DNA from: a virus
Taxonomy: Duplodnaviria > Caudoviricetes
Virus record (IMG/VR): IMGVR_UViG_3300031857_000203
Location: 1 to 58,539 of that record
DNA length: 58,539 nucleotides
Reading direction: 5' to 3' (one strand)
The position numbers were made by a program, and so were the translations under genes. The notes under the pieces were generated by a model. That model saw only the letters and a program-made list of their open reading frames with translations. It had not been told where the DNA came from and ran no database searches. How positions within the stretch are numbered: position 1 is the stretch's first letter; each line of letters begins with the position of its first letter. Shown here in pieces: positions 17,627-26,801 of this stretch.

Positions 17627-17875
17627 ATGACAAAAAATGTCAATTTAGCAGTTGGCAGGGGCGAAAAACTGTCAGTTGACCGCGGTGCTGGTCTGACTCA
17701 GAAGGGTCGAGAGAAGTACAACCGCGAGACAGGCAGTAACCTCAAGGCTCCGCAGCCTCAAGGGGGTTTTCGTAGAGACTCGTTCTGCGCGAGAATGGGG
17801 TCTATCGCTGAAAAGAGCGAGAAGGGAAGCCGATCAAGGGCTTCAATGAAGCGTTGGAACTGTCCGGGGTGGTGA
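17627..17875 (+). CDS. Small basic conserved phage protein (DUF6321-like)
   Basis: GLTQKGREKYNRETGSNLKAP..RRDSFCARM..RWNC. Confidence 0.7.
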   Translation: MTKNVNLAVGRGEKLSVDRGAGLTQKGREKYNRETGSNLKAPQPQGGFRRDSFCARMGSIAEKSEKGSRSRASMKRWNCPGW

Positions 17876-18051
17876 TGAAGCAAGAATTGTCAGATTCCAC
17901 CAAGCATGTAGTCGATGCGCTGTCTGTCGCTACTGTTTTGGGGACGCTTGTGGAGTTTCTTCCGGCCATTGCTGCGTTGTTTACCATTATTTGGACTGGA
18001 ATCCGTATTTGGGAGACAGATACGGTCAAACGTCTCTTGGGAAGAGAGTAA
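17875..18051 (+). CDS. Small membrane protein, possible holin
   Basis: Hydrophobic segment FLPAIAALFTIIWTGIRIWET; TGATG coupling. Confidence 0.6.
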   Translation: MKQELSDSTKHVVDALSVATVLGTLVEFLPAIAALFTIIWTGIRIWETDTVKRLLGRE

Positions 18052-18054
18052 ACG

Positions 18055-19116
18055 ATGGCTTACTCGGGAACTGTTGGTCAGACGGTCATTTCTGTCCAGA
18101 CTCTGATTGATCACGGTGCCCGTAGGTGCGGGAAGCTGGCGGAAGAACTGACTTCTGAGCAGGTTCTGTCGGCCAAAGAGTCATTGTTTTTTCTGATGTC
18201 TAACTTGATCAACATCGGAATTCAGTATTGGGCGATTGACAAGACAGTGATTGGTCTGCAGGCTAACAAGTACATCTATGAGCTTCCTGTGGGGGCTAAT
18301 GATGCGCTGAATGCTCTGTATAGGCGTATGAATCGCCCCTCTGGGAGCTACACAAGCAGTGCTGGTGGCACGGTGGCGAATGCCTTTGACAGCAACATAG
18401 ACACCATCTTTACGCAGACGTCTCCCAACGGGAATGTGTTGATCAACTATGGATCAACTGACCCTGTGTACATTGGCTCAATTGGTGTCATGCCTGCCGC
18501 AACGGGCACGACCAATGTTGTCTTTGAGTATTCAAACGACAACACAACGTGGAGTACTCTGTACAACCCTGGTGCTGCTGACTGGGTAGATGGTCAGTGG
18601 CTTTGGTATGACGTTGATCCTGGGCAAAGTGTTCCGTATTACAGAATGCGTGCCACTGGCGGCAGCACGATCAGTGTGCGTGAGTTGTACCTGGGTAATA
18701 ACTCTACCGAGATCACGATGGCACGGTTGAATCGTGATGATTACACCAACTTGCCCAACAAGAACTTCACGGCCAATCAGCCGTTCCAGTTCTGGGTAGA
18801 TCGCACGATCCCTCAAGCCAATCTGTATCTGTGGCCGGTTCCGTCAGATCCATTTGTACAGATGACTGTATGGTACTCAAGGCAGATCATGGATGTGGGT
18901 GATCTTTCTGGAGAGCTTGAGATTCCCCAGAGGTGGTTCTTGGCAGTCCAGAGCATGTTGGCTCACCAGATGAGCCAAGAGCTTCCTGGGGTTGATGTTG
19001 CAAGGATTCAGTACCTTGAAGGGCAAGCTGAAAAGTACCTGAATCAAGCCGAGCAGGAAGAACGCGACAAGTCGCCCATATACTTCGCGCCTAACATATC
19101 TGTATATACGAGGTAG
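18055..19116 (+). CDS. Head-tail adaptor-like protein with inserted beta-sandwich domain
   Basis: DYTNLPNK..P.QFWVDR..LYLWPVP, IPQRWF; central AFDSN..EYSND..YYRM insert. Confidence 0.65.
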   Translation: MAYSGTVGQTVISVQTLIDHGARRCGKLAEELTSEQVLSAKESLFFLMSNLINIGIQYWAIDKTVIGLQANKYIYELPVGANDALNALYRRMNRPSGSYTSSAGGTVANAFDSNIDTIFTQTSPNGNVLINYGSTDPVYIGSIGVMPAATGTTNVVFEYSNDNTTWSTLYNPGAADWVDGQWLWYDVDPGQSVPYYRMRATGGSTISVRELYLGNNSTEITMARLNRDDYTNLPNKNFTANQPFQFWVDRTIPQANLYLWPVPSDPFVQMTVWYSRQIMDVGDLSGELEIPQRWFLAVQSMLAHQMSQELPGVDVARIQYLEGQAEKYLNQAEQEERDKSPIYFAPNISVYTR

Positions 19117-19118
19117 TC

Positions 19119-19400
19119 ATGCCAAGGTTCTTGGACACCCTCGGAAACTCAGACTTATCGATTGCAGTCTGTGACCGCTGCAAGATGAAGCGGGCTCATT
19201 CTGTGATGAGATCGGACCCCAACTTTCCTGGGTTGCAGGTCTGCAATGAGGGATGTGCGGATGAGTTTGATCCGTATCGTCTGCCTGCAAGAAAGACCGA
19301 AAAGATCACAATTCGGTTCCCGCGTCCAGACGTCAATTTGAATGATCTAGAAGGAGCAGAAATCCCGTATGGGGGCGTTGTTCTGACTGATCAGAGTTAG
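19119..19400 (+). CDS. Small Cys-containing conserved protein
   Basis: CDRCKMK..GLQVCNEGCADEFDP..RFPRPD. Confidence 0.7.
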   Translation: MPRFLDTLGNSDLSIAVCDRCKMKRAHSVMRSDPNFPGLQVCNEGCADEFDPYRLPARKTEKITIRFPRPDVNLNDLEGAEIPYGGVVLTDQS

Positions 19401-19425
19401 TGAGTGACAAGTAAAGGAATTTGTA

Positions 19426-20193
19426 ATGGCTCAGTCTGGATACACCCCGATTCAACTGTACAACTCTTCTACAGCAAGTGCGGCTCCTACGGCTGGGAAT
19501 CTTTCGGCTGGAGAGTTGGCGATCAATACGGCTGACGGCAAGCTGTACTACAAAGACAGCGGCGGTATTGTTCAAGTCATCGCCAGCAAGGCGGGTGCCA
19601 ACGGTGATGTGGTTGGGCCTGCGTCTGCTACTGACAGCAACCTAGCAGCGTTTGATGGGGTTACTGGGAAGCTCATCAAGCAAGCGGCAACTGTTACTGC
19701 AGTTCAAGGCGGCACGGGTGTAGCTAATAACGCCGCGAACACAATCACGTTCTCTGGTGCATTTGGCATCACGATGACGCTGACCAGCACAACTGCAATA
19801 ACGTTCCCAACGTCTGGAACTTTGGCTACGCTGGCAGGCACAGAGACGTTCACAAACAAGCGGATTACGCAGCGTGTCACATCGATTGCTGATGCCGCCA
19901 CAATCACTCCTACGGGCGATTCTTCAGATCAGTACAACGTCACCGCACTGGCCCAGCCTGCGACCGTTGCAGCGCCTTCTGGAACCCCTACAAGCGGGCA
20001 GAAGCTGATCCTGCGCATCAAAGACAACGGCACTGCCAGAGCCCTGACTTGGACGACAACGTCTGGTGGGTATCGAGTTGTTGGCGTGACCTTGCCCACG
20101 ACTACAACGGCAAATAAGACTTCCTACATCGGGTGCATCTACAACACAGACGCCACGTTTTGGGATGTTGTGGCGGTTGCTACGGAGGCATGA
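19426..20193 (+). CDS. Tail fibre-type protein
   Basis: GELAINTADGKLYYKD N-terminal motif; GDVVGPASATD. Confidence 0.7.
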   Translation: MAQSGYTPIQLYNSSTASAAPTAGNLSAGELAINTADGKLYYKDSGGIVQVIASKAGANGDVVGPASATDSNLAAFDGVTGKLIKQAATVTAVQGGTGVANNAANTITFSGAFGITMTLTSTTAITFPTSGTLATLAGTETFTNKRITQRVTSIADAATITPTGDSSDQYNVTALAQPATVAAPSGTPTSGQKLILRIKDNGTARALTWTTTSGGYRVVGVTLPTTTTANKTSYIGCIYNTDATFWDVVAVATEA

Positions 20194-20405
20194 TGATCAA
20201 GATTGACTTTGAAAGACAGACCCGGCACGGCATGTACCGTGATGCCATCACGCTGCCGGATGATCATCAGTTCACCCAAGCTCAAATTGACGCAATGATG
20301 GATGAGCGCGTCAACAACTGGGTGGCCTACATGGATAACCCGCCTCAACCGGAACCTGAGCCAGAAACCGTTGAAATTGACGGTGTGAAGTACCAGAAGG
20401 TCTGA
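20190..20405 (+). CDS. Hypothetical protein (possible fibre chaperone)
   Basis: ATGA overlap, GGAGG RBS, lies between fibre genes. Confidence 0.65.
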   Translation: MMIKIDFERQTRHGMYRDAITLPDDHQFTQAQIDAMMDERVNNWVAYMDNPPQPEPEPETVEIDGVKYQKV

Positions 20406-20406
20406 T

Positions 20407-23400
20407 ATGGCGACACTTTACTGGGGCGGTGGCACGGGAACGTGGGATGGATTCGCCACGACCAATTGGTACACAGACCTCGCCAGAACCGTTTTGTCTA
20501 CCCGTGCTCCGAGCGCTGAAGACGATGTTGTGTTTGATTCGACTTCAAACGCGACGGGGTACACGGTCACGATCTCAAACAACGCATCTGTTTGCCGTGA
20601 CCTCACGATCAGTGGGCCTGCCTCAGGAAACGTTACGGTTGCGGGCAATGGTAACTTGTATATCTATGGCAGTTTGTCTTTGTCTGCGGCAGGGATTACC
20701 AGAACTTTCACGGGTGAGACTTTTTATTATGGCTCTGGAAGTCGTACTATCACAACAAATGGAGTGACACTTGGTTCAAATATCTACTTTAATGGATCAG
20801 GAACATATACTCTTCAAGATGCATTAAATATTGGAGCGGGAGCTGTCAGTATTAACAGCGGAACATTTGATACTGATGGCAAAAATCTTACTTGTGGTGG
20901 CATAACTGCTACTGCAGGGGCAACTGCTGGTATTTTAACTCTTGGTGCATCAACGGTAAGCGCCACGAGTTTTACTCCCAACGCGCCTGTAATTGTAAAT
21001 GCCGGAACCTCAAACATAACTCTATCTGGCACTACGCCAAATATTGGCGGCGGCACCAATTACACAGGCAACACATTCTATAATGTAACATTTAGTTCTA
21101 GCTCACCCACAAGCGGCAATTTTCGAGGCACAAACACATTTAACAACCTTACATTCACTACTCCTACAAATAGTACACTTGTTCCAATTACATTGTTTGG
21201 GAATCAAACTGTAAATGGCACATTGACTGTAGCTGGATCGGGAGCAATCAACAGATACATGTTCTTGTCTGACCCTATTGGGACGACAAGAACACTTACT
21301 GTTGCCACAGTCGGAACTCTGACTGACGTTGATTTCCGAGACATCACGGTAGCTGGGGCATCTTCCCCGTGGTCAGGAACCCGTCTTGGAAATGCTGGTG
21401 GCAACACCAACATCACGTTTGGCGCTGGTGCAACCAAGTATTGGAACCTTGCTGCAGGTGGAGCTTGGACTGCTGCAGCTTGGGCCACAACAAGTGGTGG
21501 CGCGGCAAGTGTCACTAATTTTCCCTTGGCTCAAGACACCGCAATCATTGAGAACACAGGGTTGAATACCAGCGCCTCAATCACGGGCTTTAGCGGATAT
21601 AACCTCAAAACCTTGGATTGCAGCACGCGGTCTAATGCTGCAACTTTATCTGGAATTGAGCCAAGAATAAATGATGATGTGACATTGAGCACATCAATGA
21701 CAGTTTCTAGCTTATCAATTTTGTTTGAGGGCAGAACAACTCAGACTATTACCTCTGCGGGAAGAACATTAGGTGCTATAGCAGTAAATAACTCTGGAAG
21801 CACTGTAACACTTGCGGACGCATATAACGGCAATTTCATTAGTGTTATATCCGGAACATTTGACACCAATAATCAAAACGTAACTGTGTCTGGTCCCTTG
21901 GTTGTAACTGCAAACTCGTTATCAAAAACAATTACGCTTGGCTCAAGCACGGTTTCTTGCACAACGTTCGGCGCTACCGCAACCGGAATAACGAATTTTA
22001 CATTAAATGCAGGCACATCATCAATTACAGCTTCGAGTACTTATGTTGGAGTTGCGGGGGTTTCTTCTACGTTTTACAATGTTACGTCAACATCAACTGG
22101 TGCCGTAACATTAAATGGCACCAACACCTTTAATAACTTGACTTGTACATCTCCTACCGCTACAGGAGTGACTGCAATTACACTAAGTGGAAACCAGACC
22201 ATCAGTGGAACGCTTGCGTTGGCCGGTGGTACATCTGTCACCCAAAGAAGGCAAATAGTAAGTAGTGTGATTGGTATAACGCGCACCATTACTGCTGCAA
22301 CAGTCACCGGCCTGACAGATATTGACTTCCGCGATATCCAAGGTGCTGGCGCAGCTAACTGGACAACAGGCACCAGACTAGGAGATTGTGGGGGCAACAG
22401 CGGCATCACGTTCCCTGCTGCCAAGACAGTTTATTGGAACCTTGCGGGAACACAAAACTGGTCTGCTACAGCATGGGCCACAAGTAGCGGCGGGTCGCCA
22501 GCAGCAAACAACTTCCCTCTGGCACAAGATACGGCCGTTTTTGATGATACGGGTTCTGCTGGAACAATAACGATCAATGCCGCATGGAACATTGGCACTA
22601 TTAGTTCTGGTGGAAGAACTATTGCATGGACTCTTGCTGGGACTTCTTCCCCATCAATTTATGGTGATATTACATATGGTTCAGGAATAACGTCCTCGGC
22701 TACTGGCAGTTTCACATTTAGTGGCGCATCAACACAGACGTTGACTACTGCTGGTAAATCGCTGTCAAGTACCGTAGCAGTTACAAAACCTGCTGGAGTA
22801 GCGCTTAATTTGGGGGACGCTTTATCTTGCTCAGCCGTAAATGTAACTAGCGGGACATTAAATTCACAAAATTACAATATATCAGCTCTTAGTTTTAATT
22901 CCAATAACTCAAACACTAGGTCAATTACGCTAGGGACAAGCACAATTACATTAAATGGTTCTGGTGCCAATACTTGGCAATTGTCAAACACAACAGGACT
23001 CACATTTAGTGGCGCCTCGTCCACGATTAACTTGTCTTCTGCAGCCGCAAAAACATTTGCAGGCGGCGGACAGACATTTGGCACGTTATCTTCTACAGGC
23101 GGAACCACAAGTCCCCTGACAATAAGCGGCAGCAACACGTTTACGACGTTCACAAACACCGCACGGACGTATCTGATCTTTACATCAGGGACAACGCAGA
23201 CGGTTACTAACTTCACTTACTCAGGTGCATCTGGTAGTGTGGTTCGTTGGTACACCAGCATTCCCGGCCAAAGAGCTACGTTAGCTACGACAACCAGTGC
23301 AGTTGGCGCTAACAGCGTAGACGGCGGTAACAACAGTGGATTGACATTCACTGGATCATCGCCTGACTACTTTTATGTGAAAGACATTGCATATGCTGCC

Positions 23401-23442
23401 CTTGCAGGCGGTGCGGCAGGCAAGTTCTTCCTGATGTTTTGA
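20407..23442 (+). CDS. Large beta-solenoid tail fibre/adhesin-like protein, three internal repeats
   Basis: YW..W..P.A.D.(V/A) unit three times; Thr/Gly/Ser/Asn-rich. Confidence 0.75.
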   Translation: MATLYWGGGTGTWDGFATTNWYTDLARTVLSTRAPSAEDDVVFDSTSNATGYTVTISNNASVCRDLTISGPASGNVTVAGNGNLYIYGSLSLSAAGITRTFTGETFYYGSGSRTITTNGVTLGSNIYFNGSGTYTLQDALNIGAGAVSINSGTFDTDGKNLTCGGITATAGATAGILTLGASTVSATSFTPNAPVIVNAGTSNITLSGTTPNIGGGTNYTGNTFYNVTFSSSSPTSGNFRGTNTFNNLTFTTPTNSTLVPITLFGNQTVNGTLTVAGSGAINRYMFLSDPIGTTRTLTVATVGTLTDVDFRDITVAGASSPWSGTRLGNAGGNTNITFGAGATKYWNLAAGGAWTAAAWATTSGGAASVTNFPLAQDTAIIENTGLNTSASITGFSGYNLKTLDCSTRSNAATLSGIEPRINDDVTLSTSMTVSSLSILFEGRTTQTITSAGRTLGAIAVNNSGSTVTLADAYNGNFISVISGTFDTNNQNVTVSGPLVVTANSLSKTITLGSSTVSCTTFGATATGITNFTLNAGTSSITASSTYVGVAGVSSTFYNVTSTSTGAVTLNGTNTFNNLTCTSPTATGVTAITLSGNQTISGTLALAGGTSVTQRRQIVSSVIGITRTITAATVTGLTDIDFRDIQGAGAANWTTGTRLGDCGGNSGITFPAAKTVYWNLAGTQNWSATAWATSSGGSPAANNFPLAQDTAVFDDTGSAGTITINAAWNIGTISSGGRTIAWTLAGTSSPSIYGDITYGSGITSSATGSFTFSGASTQTLTTAGKSLSSTVAVTKPAGVALNLGDALSCSAVNVTSGTLNSQNYNISALSFNSNNSNTRSITLGTSTITLNGSGANTWQLSNTTGLTFSGASSTINLSSAAAKTFAGGGQTFGTLSSTGGTTSPLTISGSNTFTTFTNTARTYLIFTSGTTQTVTNFTYSGASGSVVRWYTSIPGQRATLATTTSAVGANSVDGGNNSGLTFTGSSPDYFYVKDIAYAALAGGAAGKFFLMF

Positions 23443-23447
23443 AAATC

Positions 23448-23918
23448 ATGGAAATCCCTAAGCTCACTCCGGTTGTCCAGTTATGCACCGCTGCGTTTGC
23501 GCTGGCGGTTGGCGGGTTTACCGCTGGGGATAAGTTTGGGTGGTGGTCAACGGAGCGTCCTATTTTGGAGTGGTCGCCTGAGCATTTCAAGATTCAGCCT
23601 GCCAAAATTGGTTCTCCCATAACGGTTCAGGTAGCTCGGATCAAACGGCGTGACGACTGCGCTGTTGAAGGGTTTGTGCCTACGGTGCGTGATGCCTCAG
23701 GGATGATCCATGAAGCAACGCCGAGCATGTCCAAATTTACCGGCCCTGCAAGCCCTGAGGTTGACACATTCACATATCAACTTACCTTGTCGGCCAAAGA
23801 CAAATTTGCGCCTGGGACGGCCACTTTGCTGGCAACGATCACCTACAAGTGCCCCGAGGGGCAGCGAACTGTGACGTACCCGAAGCATAAGAACCTGACC
23901 TTCCTGCTGGAGAAGTAA
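23448..23918 (+). CDS. Membrane-anchored hypothetical protein (lysis cassette)
   Basis: N-terminal hydrophobic helix; adjacent to holin. Confidence 0.6.
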   Translation: MEIPKLTPVVQLCTAAFALAVGGFTAGDKFGWWSTERPILEWSPEHFKIQPAKIGSPITVQVARIKRRDDCAVEGFVPTVRDASGMIHEATPSMSKFTGPASPEVDTFTYQLTLSAKDKFAPGTATLLATITYKCPEGQRTVTYPKHKNLTFLLEK

Positions 23919-24422
23919 ATGCTGTCTCTTCTATCTACCCTCGGTGGTCTGTTGATCTCAGGACTTCCTAAGCTGCTGGACTATTTCCAGAACAAGGCTG
24001 ACCAGAAGCACGAACTGGCTCTTGCCCGTGTTCAAACAGAGCGAGAGTTGCAACTCGCGGCTCAAGGCTTTGCTGCCCAAGCTCGGATGGAAGAGATCCG
24101 CACTGACCAAGTGGCGATGCAGACCGAGGCCCAGATGACTGAGGCGGCGCTCAAGCATGACGAGAAGGTGCTGGAGAAGGCCAGCAGGTGGGTTGCCAAC
24201 TATGTTGGTACGGTCCGCCCCACGGTGACCTACATTTTCATCCTTGAGCTTGTCGCCATCAACGCGGCTATCGCTTGGTATGCGTTTAATCAGCCTGGGC
24301 TGATTAAAGATGTAGACAGCCTAATCCGCGTGACCGCTGTAATTTTCTCTGAAGACGAGATGGCGATGTTGGGTGGAATTATTGGGTTTTGGTTCGGCAC
24401 TCGTAGCTGGAGCAAGAAGTGA
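23919..24422 (+). CDS. Holin (3TM/GTA-holin-like)
   Basis: VRPTVTY..TM helices..IIGFWFGTRS; precedes lysozyme. Confidence 0.75.
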   Translation: MLSLLSTLGGLLISGLPKLLDYFQNKADQKHELALARVQTERELQLAAQGFAAQARMEEIRTDQVAMQTEAQMTEAALKHDEKVLEKASRWVANYVGTVRPTVTYIFILELVAINAAIAWYAFNQPGLIKDVDSLIRVTAVIFSEDEMAMLGGIIGFWFGTRSWSKK

Positions 24423-24922
24423 AACTGAGCGCAAAGGGCGCGGACTTGATGCACCGATACGAAGGGTATCGGACGAGGCCGTACCTTTGCCCAGCGCACA
24501 TCTGGACTATTGGCTATGGCCACGTTCTGTACCAAGAGCAGATCAGATTGCCTGTAGTCCGTGTTGGTGACTACCAAGGGATGATCCGCAAAGAGTTCCC
24601 GCTAAAGCCCGAGGACAATCGAGTCTGGAGCAAGGATGAGATTGAGAAGCTCTTCAGCGAAGATGTCGCATCGTTTGAGCGTGGTGCTCTTCGACTGTCT
24701 CCTAATCTGGTTGATCGTCAAGGCGCATTTGACGCTGTGGTCTCTTTTGCGTTCAACGCTGGGCTAGGCAACTACCAGCGCAGCACCATCCGCACGAAGA
24801 ACAACCGAGAGGACTTTGAGGGCGCTGCAGACGCATTTATGATGTGGACAAAGGGCGGCGGAAAAGAGTTGCCTGGATTGGTGCGTAGACGTAAAGACGA
24901 GCGCTTGCTCTTTTTGGGGTAG
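24419..24922 (+). CDS. Endolysin, GH24 lysozyme
   Basis: EG..PYLCPAHIWTIGYGH, FDAVVSFAFNAG, LPGLVRRR. Confidence 0.95.
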   Translation: MKLSAKGADLMHRYEGYRTRPYLCPAHIWTIGYGHVLYQEQIRLPVVRVGDYQGMIRKEFPLKPEDNRVWSKDEIEKLFSEDVASFERGALRLSPNLVDRQGAFDAVVSFAFNAGLGNYQRSTIRTKNNREDFEGAADAFMMWTKGGGKELPGLVRRRKDERLLFLG

Positions 24923-24924
24923 AT

Positions 24925-25560
24925 ATGCCTGTTGCAGCAGTAATGACGTATAACAGCTTGGCGGCTGATATTGAGACATATCTGGAGCGTACAGACCAAG
25001 CCACGATTGACAAGATCCCAACCTTCATCATGCTTGCCGAGCAAGTCTTGGCGGCAGACCTGAAGTTCTTGGGGAACCTGACGGTTGCCACCTCAAACAT
25101 GGTGCAGGGTCAAGCAACCATTGATAAGCCTGCACGGTGGAGAAAGACAGTCTCCATGAACGTCACCGTGAGTGGACAGAGGCAACCTGTGCTTCTTCGC
25201 AAGTACGAGTACCTGCGTGAGTATTGGCCCAATCCCGCCTTAGAGGATACGCCTAAGTATTACTGTGACTACGACTACACGCACTGGTTGATAGCACCAA
25301 CGCCAGATGATGACTATTCCTACGAGGTGCTGTACTACGAGCGGTTGGCGCCTCTAGACTCATCTAACCAGTCAAACTGGTTCACTCAGTACGCTCCCCA
25401 GGCGTTGCTGTATGGGTCTCTTTTGCAGGCCATGCCTTTCCTAAAGAATGACGAAAGAATGCAGATGTGGCAGGCGCAATATGATCAAATCGTCAATGTC
25501 CTGAAGACGGAAGACACGCTCAGGATTGGTGACAGGCAAGCGGTTGCGAAGGATTCCTGA
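24925..25560 (+). CDS. Tail tubular protein A/adaptor-like protein
   Basis: MTYNSLAADIETYLER..IPTFIMLAE..APTPD..LLYGSL. Confidence 0.7.
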   Translation: MPVAAVMTYNSLAADIETYLERTDQATIDKIPTFIMLAEQVLAADLKFLGNLTVATSNMVQGQATIDKPARWRKTVSMNVTVSGQRQPVLLRKYEYLREYWPNPALEDTPKYYCDYDYTHWLIAPTPDDDYSYEVLYYERLAPLDSSNQSNWFTQYAPQALLYGSLLQAMPFLKNDERMQMWQAQYDQIVNVLKTEDTLRIGDRQAVAKDS

Positions 25561-26801
25561 TGAGCTTCAACAGTCCATTCACTGGGAACGTCATCCAGCC
25601 TACGGATGTCTCGTATCGCAGCATTACTCTAACGGCCAACACGATTCTTTCGTGGCCGATCAATGGGAATGCGACGGATGACTATGCTGCCCGCATCATG
25701 GATGTCACGGCATCCTCTGCGGGGCTTGACTTGTCAATGCCTCCTGCAAATCAGGCGTCTGTTGGACAAGATGCTCTGATCAGAAACATCGGCGCAAACT
25801 CGTTTGATGTTTTGGACTACGCTGGCGGTGCGATTGTTACCATTGCTGCTGGAGAAGCCAAGTACATCTACATCAAGACAAACGCAACCACCGCGGGAAC
25901 GTGGGGCATCATTGCGTTTGGCGTTGGAACTTCAAACGCTGATGCGGCAACCCTTGCTGGGTATGGCCTCAAGGCAATCAGCAACACGCTGAATGCGGCA
26001 TCTCCTGTTAATACGTTCTCCTCTGACTACACAGCAGTAGCGGCAGATCGTGCCAGCACTTATGTGTGGACCGCAGGCGCAGGAACGTTGTCTCTTACTT
26101 CGGCTGTTACGCTAGGGGATGATTGGTTCTTCTTTATAAGAAATGGCGGCACAGGAACTTTAGCGGTTACACCGACTGGTGGACAGATCATCAATGGGTC
26201 TTCATCTTTGGATCTGCAGCCATCGGACTCATGTTTGATCGCTTGTTCTGGCTCTGCTTTCTATACGGTTGGTCTTGGCAAGAGCACTCTGTTCAACTTC
26301 TCACAATTGACGAAAGCCGTTACTAGCGGGTCTTATTCTTTGACTGCGTTAGAGGCGGCTAATTCGATTCAAAAGTACACCGGCACTTTGTCGGGCAATG
26401 TGACAATCACGGTGCCTCAGACTATTCAGGTGTACTACGTCACGAATCAGACTGACGGAACGGGTGCTGGTTACACCATCACGTTTACAACTGGAGTCTC
26501 TGGTGGAGGTACAGCAATTGTTCCCGCAGGTCAGCAGGTAATTTTGCTATGCGATTCAGTCAATCTGTTGAATGCTTCAACTGTCGCTGCTGGGGCAACT
26601 AATCTCTCATTGAGTGACGGATTGGTTGGCTCTCCGTCATTGAACTTTGCTAGTGAGACTTCAACGGGCGTCTACCGCCCAGGATCTGGCGAGTTTGGAA
26701 TTTCTATACTTGGCGTCAAACGTTCTGGGCTAACGGCTACAGGATTGTCAATTACAGGAACTGGAGTGTTTAGCGGCGGCGTTCAAGGTGGTACGTTCTA
26801 A
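25560..26801 (+). CDS. Tail structural protein
   Basis: Beta-rich; DGLVGSPSLNFASETSTGVYRPG C-terminal motif. Confidence 0.65.
   Translation: MSFNSPFTGNVIQPTDVSYRSITLTANTILSWPINGNATDDYAARIMDVTASSAGLDLSMPPANQASVGQDALIRNIGANSFDVLDYAGGAIVTIAAGEAKYIYIKTNATTAGTWGIIAFGVGTSNADAATLAGYGLKAISNTLNAASPVNTFSSDYTAVAADRASTYVWTAGAGTLSLTSAVTLGDDWFFFIRNGGTGTLAVTPTGGQIINGSSSLDLQPSDSCLIACSGSAFYTVGLGKSTLFNFSQLTKAVTSGSYSLTALEAANSIQKYTGTLSGNVTITVPQTIQVYYVTNQTDGTGAGYTITFTTGVSGGGTAIVPAGQQVILLCDSVNLLNASTVAAGATNLSLSDGLVGSPSLNFASETSTGVYRPGSGEFGISILGVKRSGLTATGLSITGTGVFSGGVQGGTF

Noticed and set aside
20407-23442. Diversity-generating retroelement
   Set aside because: No reverse transcriptase ORF and no template/variable repeat pair differing only at adenines was seen.
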